In this document: in pieces, positions 1 through 10,918 of the stretch
How the letters are laid out: the number at the start of each line of letters is the position of its first letter
Numbering within the stretch: the first letter of the stretch is position 1
Origin: Basidiobolus meristosporus CBS 931.73
Taxonomy: Eukaryota > Fungi > Basidiobolomycota
Assembly: GCA_002104905.1 (NCBI GenBank)
Contig: MCFE01000349.1
Location: forward strand, 1 to 64,000
Reading direction: 5' to 3'
Length of the DNA stretch: 64,000 nucleotides
The notes under the pieces: model-generated
The model's database searches: none
The model's input: only the letters and a program-made list of their open reading frames with translations
What the model was told of the DNA's origin: nothing
Program-made: the position numbers and the translations under genes

Positions 1-1882
1 TACATTTATCACCTCAACATCATGGCTTGTTAGTGTGATACTTGCAAAGTTGCCAAATACCTTATATTGCTAGTAACATACATACCTTACAAACATATGC
101 CTGGTTGCTGCTACTTCTGCTATGAACATCTCATCAATATCCACAGAAAATATATTGCTATTTTGCCAATATATTTAATCTCCTAGCTGAATTATAGTCC
201 CCCTTATAGGTGCCCTTTGGCTCTTATCTGTGTGAGTTCAGCATTGAATGGTGCGGAAGTTGGCTTGTGTCTAAGAGAAACCCAGCATACTTTAGCAGAG
301 CTTACCTAATAGAAATTAGCTGCTTATTGCTCCCAGCCCAACTTTGCATTACTTAACTGATTACCATGCTTTGGGGCTGTTTAGCTTCTTAATTCCATAG
401 GCATATGTTGCAATTTAAGAAGTGATTTGGATATAAGGAACTTATCAAGAAATAGTGATAATAGTTGAACTGTTGTTTATTCATAAAGAAGCTCAGTATT
501 CATACCTTTGTAGAAGTAATACAGCTGCAACACTAAGTAGGGAGGGTTTCTCAATATTCAGGAGCATTCTGTAACAGTTTCAGGGTTAGTACATAATGTT
601 TGGTAATAGTGCTAATTTGATCCTGACTATAGGGGAATAATCATAAGATCATATATCTGGAGAAAGTGGCGAGGTTAAGGCAGTAAATGAGTCCTACAGT
701 GACTAAGACTAGCCTAGAATTGTTAAGTAAATTTTTAGCTGCTGAATGATACCAAATAGTCCAATATTTCAACAGCATAGGTGTCTCAATATGCGCATCT
801 GTCCTTAGTATTTTCCAGCTCTTCCTGACTGTCCTCCATATACTGATGCATCACATCCATGATGGACTTGAAGGTGTTATTCTTGATGAGATTGGAATGT
901 TGTAGTACCCATGACTTGACTCATCTTCCAATCTCCCCACACATCTGTTCCATAGGAAACTACCAACAGGTGAAGCAAGGCCCATTATTCTCCACACACC
1001 AAGCAAGATGGAGTAGAAAATAATACAGTAACTGCATAGATCTATATGTACAGCTTTATAATTGTAGTATAGCAGCCCAAATCCTATTGCAAACACCTTC
1101 CTCAACAGCTGTAGATGCGTCAAGTTGGCCTTGGTGATCTGCCTCAGGATATATATTTCTTTAATGTCCACATGTAATTCCTAATAATTCCAATGTACTC
1201 TTGGTAGGAATGGCTTCCAAATGCCACTTGAATAAATACATATCCAGTTCATCTTGTCTTTATATTTGTGGTGTTGCATATGCATATGAATACTGATTGG
1301 AGCATATAAGAGGTACTTTAGGAAGAAGATACTCTGCAATATCTTGCCAATGCCTTCAAATTTTGCTGGTATCTTAAAGGGCTCATTTAGCTTTAAATGC
1401 CCCATGCACAACTTAGTCATCAGTGTAGGGATATTGTTGAAAAGCAAATGCATTGCTCCCAGTGGAAAGCATTTGCTCCAATAGATACCCTCTATCTTGA
1501 GTATCTCCAGTATCCAATTACATCCATATTCCAGGTGATGGCCTATAGCTTGCCAACTTTACTGCAATTGCATGTCAACTTCTGTACATTCTCTGTGGCA
1601 AAATGATGTTCTTAGTGTTGGTGTTTGAGTAATAATAATGTGTGTGAGTTATGGAGTAAATCCCCTGGATCCCACACATTTGACAGCAAAAACATTCATT
1701 GTTCCCAGAAAAGCTGGCTATCCTGCACATGGCCAGGGCATCTTCAATGCAGATAATAATATGTGCTTTGACATGATGGTCATTTGCTGTTATCCTGCTG
1801 GAAAGCATACAAAACTCATATAGAAATGGATGCAGATAGCTATCCAGGTTGGACAGTGATTTAGCCCAGAAACCAGTGAGAC
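1..1882 (-). mobile_element. Degenerate CACTA/EnSpm-like transposase relic, interrupted by a solo LTR
   Basis: Broken minus-strand frames read LDSYLHPFLYEF (about 1800-1850), IEDALAMCRIASFSGNNECFCCQMCGIQG (about 1660-1750) and MHLLFNNI (1453). These match, in order, the LDSFLxP..EL, GDxPA..K..G..C..C and MHL.F.N motifs of fungal CACTA transposases. Many stops and frameshifts; boundaries approximate. Confidence 0.6.
406..774 (-). mobile_element. Solo LTR, Copia family A (369 bp)
   Basis: TGTTG...CAACA termini. 5-bp TSD GCATA at 401-405 and 775-779. Near-identical to 2023-2391 and 8904-9272. Confidence 0.95.
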
Positions 1883-2022
1883 TGTTGAAATATTGGACTA
1901 TTTGGTATCATTCAGCAGCTAAAAATTTACTTAACAATTCTAGGCTAGTCATAGTCACTGTAGGACTCATTTACTGCCTTGACTTTGCCACTTTCTCCAG
2001 ATATATGATCTTATGATTATTC
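1883..2022 (+). mobile_element. Partial family-A LTR in opposite orientation, cut by insertion of Copia A
   Basis: Reverse complement of the last 140 bp of the LTR as it reads at 2023-2391. It begins TGTTGAAATATTGG and ends exactly where the next LTR starts at 2023. Confidence 0.9.
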
Positions 2023-5000
2023 TGTTGCAATTTAAGAAGTGATTTGGATATAAGGAACTTATCAAGAAATAGTGATAATAGTTGAACTGTTGTTTATTCA
2101 TAAAGAAGCTCAGTATTTATACCTTTGTAGAAGTAATACAGCTGCAACACTAAGTAGGGAGGGTTTCTCAATATTCAGGAGCATTCTGTAACAGTTTCAG
2201 GGTTAGTACATAATGTTTGGTAATAGTGCTAATTTGATCCTGACTATAGGGGAATAATCATAAGATCATATATCTGGAGAAAGTGGCAAAGTTAAGGCAG
2301 TAAATGAGTCCTACAGTGACTATGACTAGCCTAGAATTGTTAAGTAAATCTTTAGCTGCTGAATGATACCAAATAGTCCAATATTTCAACACTCCCCCTC
2401 AACTAAATAATTTCTTAATCCCAATTTCTCTCTAAGGATCTCAAACTGTGGCCTAGCTAGTGGTTTTGTCAATATGTCTGCCACCATTTTGTCAGTTGGG
2501 CAGTAAACCAGCTCTACTAAGTTATTTTCTACAGCTTCCCTCACAAAGTGATGCTGTATATCAATGTGCTTAGTTCTGGCATGATTAGTAGGATTTCTAG
2601 CTAATGAAATACAACTTTGATTATCCTTGTAAATACATGTTGGTTCACCTGAATTAAAACCTAAGTCTTTGAATAATTTTTGTAGCCATATAGCCTCCTT
2701 AGCTGCTTGACATGCAGCCATATATTTGGCTTCAGTTGTAGATAGTGCCACAGTTGGTTGTTTCTTGCAATTCCAAGTAATAGCTGCACCAGCATAAAGA
2801 AATACATAGCCTGTGGTAGAGCGTCTGTCAATCAAATCCCTACCCCAATCTGAATCACTATAACCATCATATTTTTGCCTATTAGCTGCTCCAGAGAATT
2901 CCAGTACCATATTTATGATACCTTGTAGATATCTGAAAATTGGCTTAACTGCTGCAATTTGATCTGATCCATAATTCTGCATAAATTGACTGACTATTCC
3001 AACTGCTACTGCAATATCTGGACGTGAAGACACCATCAAGTACATTAGGCTACCAACCATTGATTGATAGGGAAAGTTTTGGTCCATATTTGAGCTGTTT
3101 TCATCTATAACTGGCTGAGATTTGCTTAATTTCAGGTTATTGTCCATAGGGGTTGCTGCAGGTTTGCAATTTTCCATTTTGAAGCGTCTAAGAATGTCCC
3201 TGATGTACTTAGACTGATTCAGCACAATTTTCTGCGTAGGTATGTCAAATTTGACCTCAATTCCAAGAAAATAGCTCAATTTTCCAAGATCTTTCATCTC
3301 AAACTTGCTGAAGAGATCTGATTTCGTCTGTTTAAGTGCCTCTTGATCACTTGTAGCTATAATTAGGTCGTCCACATAAAGAACTAGGATGATCACACCC
3401 TTTTTGAGCTGTTTCACATATATACTGTGATCTGCAGTGCTACAAGATAACCCAATTTCCTCTAGATATGTGTCAATCTTGTTATACCATGCTCTGGGTG
3501 CCTGCTTAAGCCCATACAACAATTTTCTAAGTTTGCACACCTTATGGGGGCTTTTTGGATCAGTAAAACCTTCTGTTTGCTCCATATATAGTTTCTTGCA
3601 AATCCCCATTTAGAAAGGCTGTTTTGACATCCATTTGGTGTTGATCTAGACTGTGTACAGCTGCCAGGGCTAGAACTGTCCTAATAGAGTTAAACTTGGC
3701 CACCGGAGCAAATGTTTCCTTAAAGTCTAGTCCCTGGATCTGGGAATAGCCTTTAGCTACCAATCTAGCCTTGTACTTATCAACGGCACCATTTGAGGTT
3801 ATCTTGATCTTGTAGACCCATCTACATCCTATTGGCTTTCTCCCATTTGGTAAATCTACCAGTTCCCACGTTTTTGCCTTGATCAGTGATTGGTACTCCT
3901 CCTGCATGGCTTGTTGCCACTTAGTAGCATCTGGACCTTGCATTGCCTGTTCCAGATTCTGAGGTTCGGCACATAAGGCAAGATAAGCTTCTTCATGATC
4001 ATTGGATGTCTGCCACCAGGATCCAAGGGCATTTCTTATTCTGGTAGATCTCCTAACTGGGATAATCTGTTCTGATCTGGAACTGGTAGAAGTATCTTCC
4101 ATCTCTGGCTGGATTTGGTACGTATCTTCTTCATTTGTGTTGATTGCATCATCAGGCAGCTGGCCAATGATTTCTGTGGCTTTCTGATCTGAATTCTCCT
4201 CAAATACAACGTTCCTGCTCTTGATCAGCTTCTGAATTTTGCCATCATACACTCTATACCCTTTAGTATCTTCACAATACCCAAGAAAGATCCGTTTTCT
4301 ACTCTTTGGCTCCAACTTTGAGCGTTTTTTGTCAGGGATGTGATAAAAAACATCACTGCCAAAGATCCTGAGGTGCTGGAGATCTGGTTTTTTGCCTGTA
4401 TATGCTTCAAAGGGTGTAGAATTGTGTAGTGCTGTTGTTGGGCATCTGTTCTTGATGTATACAGCGGTAGCAACAGATTCAGCCCAAAACTTGTAATCCA
4501 TTCCCTTATCATGTAGCATAGATCTTCCCATCTCTACTATTGTTCTATTTGCACGTTCTGCTACTCCATTTTGCTGTGGAGTATGAGGAACTGTGGTCTG
4601 TTGAAGTATACCAGTAGACAAGCAGTATTTTGCAAACTCCTTTGAGCAGTATTCTTCTCCATTGTCACTTTGTAGTACCTTCAATTTACACCCAGTTTGT
4701 GCTTCTGCCATGTTCTTGAAGTGCTTAAACATCTCTAAAGCTTCATCCTTTGTTTTGAGGAAGTACACCCATGTATATCTTGTCTTGTCATCAATAAACC
4801 TCATAAAGTATCTCTTGGCTCCAAAGGACAGTGTTCTCATGGGGCCACATATGTCTGAGTGTACAATAGCCAATATTTCGGTGGTATTGATGCCTTCTGA
4901 GCTCTTGAAACGTTGCCTAGCTTGTTTGCCATATGAACATCCCTTACAAACATTCAATTTGATTGGAATTGAGTATTTTAGGCCCAAAACAAGCTGATTT

Positions 5001-5993
5001 TTCACCAATTGGCTCATATTCTGTTCCCCTATGTGTCCTAGCCTCCTATGCCACATCTCCCAGTTGGTTTCATCAGTTTCAGCAATGTTGACATACTCAG
5101 GTACAATGATCTTGCATTGTAACTTGTATATATTGTGATCTCTGATTCCCAAAGCTAATTTTTGTCCATTCTCACTCAATATTGAGCAGCTCAGCTTAGT
5201 AAAAACAAATTTCAGTCCCTGAGTAGTTGCTTTACTGACTGAGAGTAGGTTCTTAGCTATTCCAGGTACATAGAGTACGTCAGTCAGTTTTGCTGTTGTT
5301 GCCCCTGAGTTATCACTCATATTTAGTTGTATAGACCCACTGGCGGTAGCTTCCAATGCAGAGTTATCTCTGAGATAAACCTTTCTTACGGGAATAGTCT
5401 TTAAGTTGCTGAACCAATCCTTTATACCACAAATATGCTGTGATGCTCCAGAGTCAATATACCATTCATTACTTTGGTTACTTGCACTCTCTTGTACAGT
5501 GACAAATAGCTGTTCATCAGTAGTTATATGGTTTGCCTGCTCTAGTTTCTGTTTTTTGTCTGCTTGTTTCTTCTTGCATTCTCTTGCCCAGTGTCCTGGC
5601 TTCTTACAGTAGTTACAGCAGCCAGGTTTTCTTCGGTTTTGTTGCTTTCCCTTCTTTTCTGTATGCCTTTCTGAACTGAATAAAGCATTATATTCAATTT
5701 TCTCTGCTTGGTCATTACATCTGAGTTCTTCATGGAGAAGTCTTCCTTTGACATAGTCTAAAGTCAAGTTGTCTTCTCTGCTTTCAAAAGAAAGTATGAG
5801 TGGCTCATACTCGTCTGGTAGGCTGCAAAGCAGACAGAGTATCTTTTCTTCATCATCTACACCAGCATTAATACTGTAAAGTTCTTCTGCAAGTGTCTCC
5901 ATTCTGGTAATGAGTTGTAGCATGTCATCATCTGGCTTTTTTCTCATGTTGAAGAACTTTTGTTTCAAATAAAGCTTGCTTGATACTGACAAT
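2023..5993 (-). mobile_element. Ty1/Copia retrotransposon family A, 5'-truncated (3' LTR 2023-2391, PPT 2392-2400)
   Basis: The LTR is followed by CTCCCCCTC, i.e. a GAGGGGGAG polypurine tract on the minus strand. Domain order is gag-PR-INT-RT-RH. The gag N-terminus, PBS and 5' LTR are missing. Confidence 0.95.
2386..5992 (-). pseudogene. Copia gag-pol polyprotein with one frameshift near 3585
   Basis: Zinc knuckle CNYCKKPGHWAREC, protease YIDSGASQH, WHRRLGH, integrase HSDICGP/SDNG/NGVAER, RT YVDDL, RNase H YSDSDWG and TKHIDIQHHFVRE. Two overlapping ORFs, 3560-5992 and 2386-3609. Confidence 0.92.
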
Positions 5994-6105
5994 TGTGGAG
6001 TGCATTACAACCTCAACAATGCCATGCAATTATTGTTACAGCACCAATCAAATGCCATCAAGTTTGATAACATTTTTTGTCAGTAAATTTAGCAAAACAC
6101 TGTTG
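5994..6105. repeat. Unclassified repeat fragment (family D)
   Basis: AGTGCATTACAACCTCAACAATGCCATGC...GTAAATTTAGCAAAACAC aligns by eye with about 8420-8530. The downstream part of that copy (about 8566-8640) aligns with about 26485-26545. Confidence 0.5.
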
Positions 6106-6107
6106 TT

Positions 6108-6637
6108 AAATCAAGTAGGTATATGGATAGAAGGGATGATGATTTATTGTTGAGGGGTTGCCTCACTTATGTACTTTTCTCACTGGCAAAATGATTACTA
6201 ATCATGGTGCTCCAGAAGGATCCAGTGGTCTAATAGAAATTTTAATGACACCAAAATGAGCTAAAAATGTTCTAAGCAGGTGCTGGAAGGTTCCAAGAGG
6301 TACAGCACACCCAGCCAATCATGGATCAGTATTCTAAACTGGTGCCAGATATGGTATGAAAATGGTAGGGATGGTGACACAACTTGCCCATGTGTTGCAG
6401 GTACTGGTGCAGATGCCTGCCTAATATAGAAGCACATACATCTAGTAACCTTACGTAAAGTCAGAGTTAGCTTTTACAATAAGGTAAGCAGGAGTGATAG
6501 TCAGCCAGCTTATGTGATAGTACTCATCAAGTAAGACAAATGGGATAAAACTAATATAAGAGTAGTAGAAAAATAGGGAAGTTGAAAAGATGGGAATGAG
6601 CACATCTGTCAGTTGGTGTCATTGTGACCCTACTACA
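6108..6637 (+). mobile_element. 5'-truncated family-C LTR
   Basis: Homologous to about 13530-14072. Ends CCCTACTACA like C1. No TSD. Confidence 0.8.
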
Positions 6638-7000
6638 GCAGGACCAAGTGGTTTTTTATAGGGTTACTTTACCAACAATATCTTGCTGGCCACTTGATAC
6701 TTCTTTAACAGCATCTGGCTGTACTTGTAACTTTGTGCAAACTGAGCCAGGAGAATTTGTGATGCCTCTACGCTCAGCCCTGCCTTCTGAATATGGCATG
6801 CAGAGCAATAGCTCTGACAAAGCAGGCTCTTTGATAGATTGTGATCTTGTCTTCCCTAACAACAATACCCTGCATGAGCCTAGCAAAATCCCAGTGTGCA
6901 ATAGGACAACACCTGTGAAAAAAAATGCCAAGGATACTTTATGGAATCAAGTGAGCCCAGTAATCCATTTACTGGTGAATAATGTGATGTTATAGCTTGA
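6638..7000 (+). mobile_element. Internal sequence of family-C element (degenerate ORF of unknown function)
   Basis: Reverse-complement homologue of about 19900-20260, which also lies downstream of a family-C LTR. Shared peptide PLDTS...GEFVMPL...PSEYGMQS.SS..AGSL. Confidence 0.55.
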
Positions 7001-7659
7001 GAGGTGGTGTTTCCACCAAAAATTGGTAATGGGGCCTTTGAGTATTTACAACTACTTCTTGTCAAAATTATCCTGGGATGTATCTTACTATTGCATGATA
7101 TGAATAGAGAGCCATCATGTGGCTGGCTATGTAGGAACCAGAGACTCTCCTGATTTCAGCATGTGTCAACAGTTGCATGGTGTTCACATCAGAAAATGCC
7201 TCCATTGAAAGGTGTCCAACTTGTCAGGAATCCTCCACCACTGGGGGAAAATATTGTTCACATGTTTGATATATTCTGGTAATACCCCATCTAAAGAAGA
7301 TCATGCAGTCCTACAAATATTGCAAAGCTATAAAGTACTGCACTCAGCATCCCGCATGAAAAATCTCAAATTTGGAATGCGTCTAATTTTCAGCTGATAT
7401 TCTGCTGGTATTCTGCTGGCATTTGGCTGGTATTCAGCTTGTGTGTTTGGTTCAGAATTTCAATTATAATTATGAAGGAAGAAATGGGCACCTAACTACT
7501 AAATTTGCCATGGATGCAAGTAGGCTGAGCCTCCTCTTGGAGAATCTGTTTGCTTGCCTGCCCATCAGCTAACAACAGAAATATTAAGAGTTGTCAAGTT
7601 TGAGAAAATTCAGCCAATATTATGATGGTATTTTGTTGGCCTTTTCTTAATTTTTTTTC

Positions 7660-8100
7660 TTAGGGATCAAGCAAGCACCAACACCTCCAATTTAATCAAT
7701 GGTATACATTACAAACAGCTAAGAAGGGAGGGCAACTTTGAAGGTATGTATAGTATAAATCAAGCAAGAACATATCAGATATATTTGATGGCAAATATTA
7801 CAAACAGCTAAGAGGCAAGGGCTACTTTAAAGGTATGTATGGCCATGCCTTTGCCTGAGCCAGAATGCACCTATAAGGGGACCTAAATTCAGTAGGGAGA
7901 AGGAATATATTGGCTAAATACTGAAAAGTATTTTGCAGATAATCCAGAGGTATTTATGGCAGAAGTTGTGGCAAGCAAGCATTTTATCAAAAGATGGATG
8001 TGTTACCAGCATTATAAAATATATGGCAACTTTGCAAGCATCACACTAAAAAGTTTTAAAGTTCAGGTGATAGAAGTATGTCAATTGGGATGGTGTGCCC
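7660..8100 (+). mobile_element. Second CACTA-like relic (internally deleted), with a roughly 92-bp tandem duplication
   Basis: Reads SDIFDGKYYKQLRGKGYF (DIFDG..Y..L motif) near 7775-7830. About 7855-8085 is homologous to the reverse complement of 1-225. TACAAACAGCTAAGA...AAGGTATGTAT occurs twice (about 7710 and 7800). Confidence 0.5.
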
Positions 8101-8399
8101 ATTTGTAGAGGTTGGTAAGCAAGAAGCCAGAGTATTTTTGACTTAAACTATACATGAAATACTCAAGGTAGTGTGGGTAAGCAAATAAAGAGGGGTGATT
8201 CTGTGGAAGGATATGTGAAATGCGCAAGGGGATGTAGAAAAAAGAAATACTGTTTGGTAAAGTGGTATAGTAGCATTATACAGAACTAGCTGTAGGCTGC
8301 CATACTGCTGTTATAATGGCATTGCAGGCTTGCAAAGTGGCCTTTAAAACACCGTCATGTTTCTTGCCATATAAGGCAATTGGATGTACTGACCAGTTA

Positions 8400-8640
8400 G
8401 TTCCATTCAAATAGTTGCAAAGTGCACTAAGACCGCAACAATGCCATGCCAGCCTTGTTAAAACACAGTACAAATACTGTTGTATTTAGCAACTATATTT
8501 AGCTGTAAAATTAGCAAAGCACCATTGTAATTCTGTTACAGGATTGTGTCAATAGTCATTAACACTAAGCTGCTGGTATTATTGCAGTCTCCTGACAGCA
8601 TCTTGACAACCAATCTAGATTGGATCCACCTGCATGACCA
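8400..8640. repeat. Unclassified repeat fragment (family D)
   Basis: Similar to 5994-6105 and to about 26485-26545. Confidence 0.45.
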
Positions 8641-8903
8641 AATTAGTCTTCACAGAGTACTACTACTTTGACTGAATGCCTCTTGAGCTTTTTCCTTGAT
8701 AAGGGTTGTGCTAGTGCATCTGTATCTGCCTGCTGTTCCCTTGTTGGCACTCTTCCAGCCACCTGATGTCTTGTTGATGCTTGTTTGGGGCTTTTGGCCC
8801 TGCTTGTAATGGTCTCTAGAGGAAGCTGCTGGTTTTTAGCCATTGCACCCTTGTTCTTCTGCCTTTGATAGTTTCAGCTATTCTTGAGATACTTTCTTGG
8901 CAT

Positions 8904-9272
8904 TGTTGCAATTTAAGAAGTGATTTGGATATAAGGAACTTATCAAGAAATGGTGATAATAGTTGAACCGCTGTTTATTCATAAAGAAGCTCAGTATTTA
9001 TACCTTTGTAGAAGTAATACAGCTGCAATACTAAGTAGGGAGGGTTTCTCAATATTCAGGAGCATTCTGTAACAGTTTCAGGGTTAGTACATAATGTTTG
9101 GTAATAGTGCTAATTTGATCCTGACTATAGGGGAATAATCATAAGATCATATATCTGGAGAAAGTGGCAAAGTCAAGGCAGTAAATGAGTCCTACAGTGA
9201 CTAAGACTAGCCTAGAATTGTTAAGTAAATTTTTAGCTGCTGAATGATACCAAATAGTCCAATATTTCAACA
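8904..9272 (-). mobile_element. Solo LTR, Copia family A (369 bp)
   Basis: TG...CA termini. TSD GGCAT at 8899-8903 and 9273-9277. Confidence 0.95.
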
Positions 9273-9460
9273 GGCATACCTATGATGCCCCAAAGTTTGT
9301 TTGCATGCTTGAGTTTTGGATAATGCACATGGAACCAGTCAGGCTCATCATGTTTGGCCTTGAGTTCCACTACTTTTATATCCAGTATATCATCAACTGA
9401 AGATCACTAAATTTGCTTCTCCTCCCAATCACTTCCAATATCTCCAAGACTCTTACAACA

Positions 9461-9472
9461 TGTTATGAGCCC
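9461..9472 (+). promoter_or_regulatory. Primer-binding site, half-tRNA-iMet type (one mismatch)
   Basis: TGTTATGAGCCC abuts the LTR end. The B3 copy reads GGTTATGAGCCC. Confidence 0.7.
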
Positions 9473-10493
9473 CAAGCTGTCACACTCTGCAATGTCTACT
9501 ATGCTATTATTAGACTTTTTCCCTCTGCCCAAAAGCTGGATGGATCATAGTGCCAAGTGTGAAAGGTGACAACAAAGGTGCTGCAACAAGAAAGAGGCCT
9601 TTGGCATATTGTTGTGGAAGAAGAATGCCCTCCTAAAAGTGTGGGAGAGGAAGCCTTAAGGTACCAGAGGAAAGAACATAGTGCCTTTAACTGCATTTGT
9701 ATTGAGATTAAAGATAAGCTGCAAATTCAATGCTCAAGAGCAACTGTTGCCAAAATGCCTGGAAGGCATTGGAAGACACCTACCAGTCATATTCAGCTGC
9801 TAAGAAAATGTAAATGACACAAATGTTCTCTACTACAAGGATGCAGCCAGCAGAAGATATGCAAAATCTAATTAACAGAACTACCCTACTGGTGGATTAG
9901 ATGGAATCAGTGAGCATACCAACCACTGATGAGGATGTGATAGTTACCATCCTGAGAAGCCTGACAGAAAAGCTTTAGGGCCTTGTATAAGCCTTAAAGT
10001 CCAGAGCTGAAGATTTAACCTTATATTATGTAAATGGAAGGCTCCTGGATGAAGAATTAAGAAAATTAAGTGCCAATAAGAAGGAAGAAGAAAATGCTTT
10101 AATAAGCAATGACAACCAACAAAGAAGATACCCAAGACCTTTCAAAGGCAACGACAACCTGTTTTGCTACTACTGCAAAAGGAAAGGACACACAGCTGAC
10201 TGGTGCTTCAAAAAGAGAGACAGCCAGCAGAAAAAGTCTGGATATGGAAATGCTGCCACAACTGAAGATAGACTATTGATACCTGCACTAAGTATGACTA
10301 CATGCAAGGACTCTTAGATGATGTACATTGACTCTGGAGCTTCTCAACACTTTACACACTAAAAAGTACTTTTTACCCAATATCAAGAAATTCCAATTAA
10401 AAAGGTTTTCATGGGTGACAATAGAACACATGATGTTGTGGGAGAAGGAACTATCCAAGTAAACCTTAGAAGCAGTGAATGAAGCCATACACT

Positions 10494-10860
10494 TGTTATG
10501 ATCTGCCGCTTGAATGTTTAAGTTAGATCAGTTTTTTAGTCAAATCAATTAGTATATGTTTAGGTCATCAGTATATCAGTATTATCTATGAAATCAGTAG
10601 CATTGGTCAGCAATGAATCAGCAGATCCTTATCAGACAGAAATAGATATATTAAGTAGGATCTTATTGGGTGAGGATGATGCAATCAAATGAGTGATCAG
10701 CCACAACCTACATTAGGAAATACAATTAGTCAGCAATTGATCTGGCAAAATGTATATAAGGAGCTGCTGGAACCTCAATAAAAATCAGTTCAAGTTTTAG
10801 TGAATACAATACTAGTTAAACTCCCTATTCCTCTACAACTCTTATACCAAGACTGTAACA
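10494..10860 (+). repeat. Gypsy 5' LTR (367 bp)
   Basis: TGTTATGATC...TGTAACA; direct repeat of 16137-16505. Confidence 0.97.
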
Positions 10861-10918
10861 TTGGTAGCAGCAATAACCAGAAACCTCCCTCCTGAAGAAA
10901 GAAGAAACCACCCTCAAG

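Noticed and set aside
5994-6637. Complete family-C solo LTR starting TGTGG at 5994
   Set aside because: Flanks CAAT and GCAG do not match, and 5994-6105 aligns with a different repeat (family D).
8904-9272. Possible 5' LTR partner of Copia A (2023-5993)
   Set aside because: It has its own TSD (GGCAT) on both sides. Copia A's expected TSD (TATTC) is absent and no PBS or gag adjoins it, so it is an independent solo LTR.
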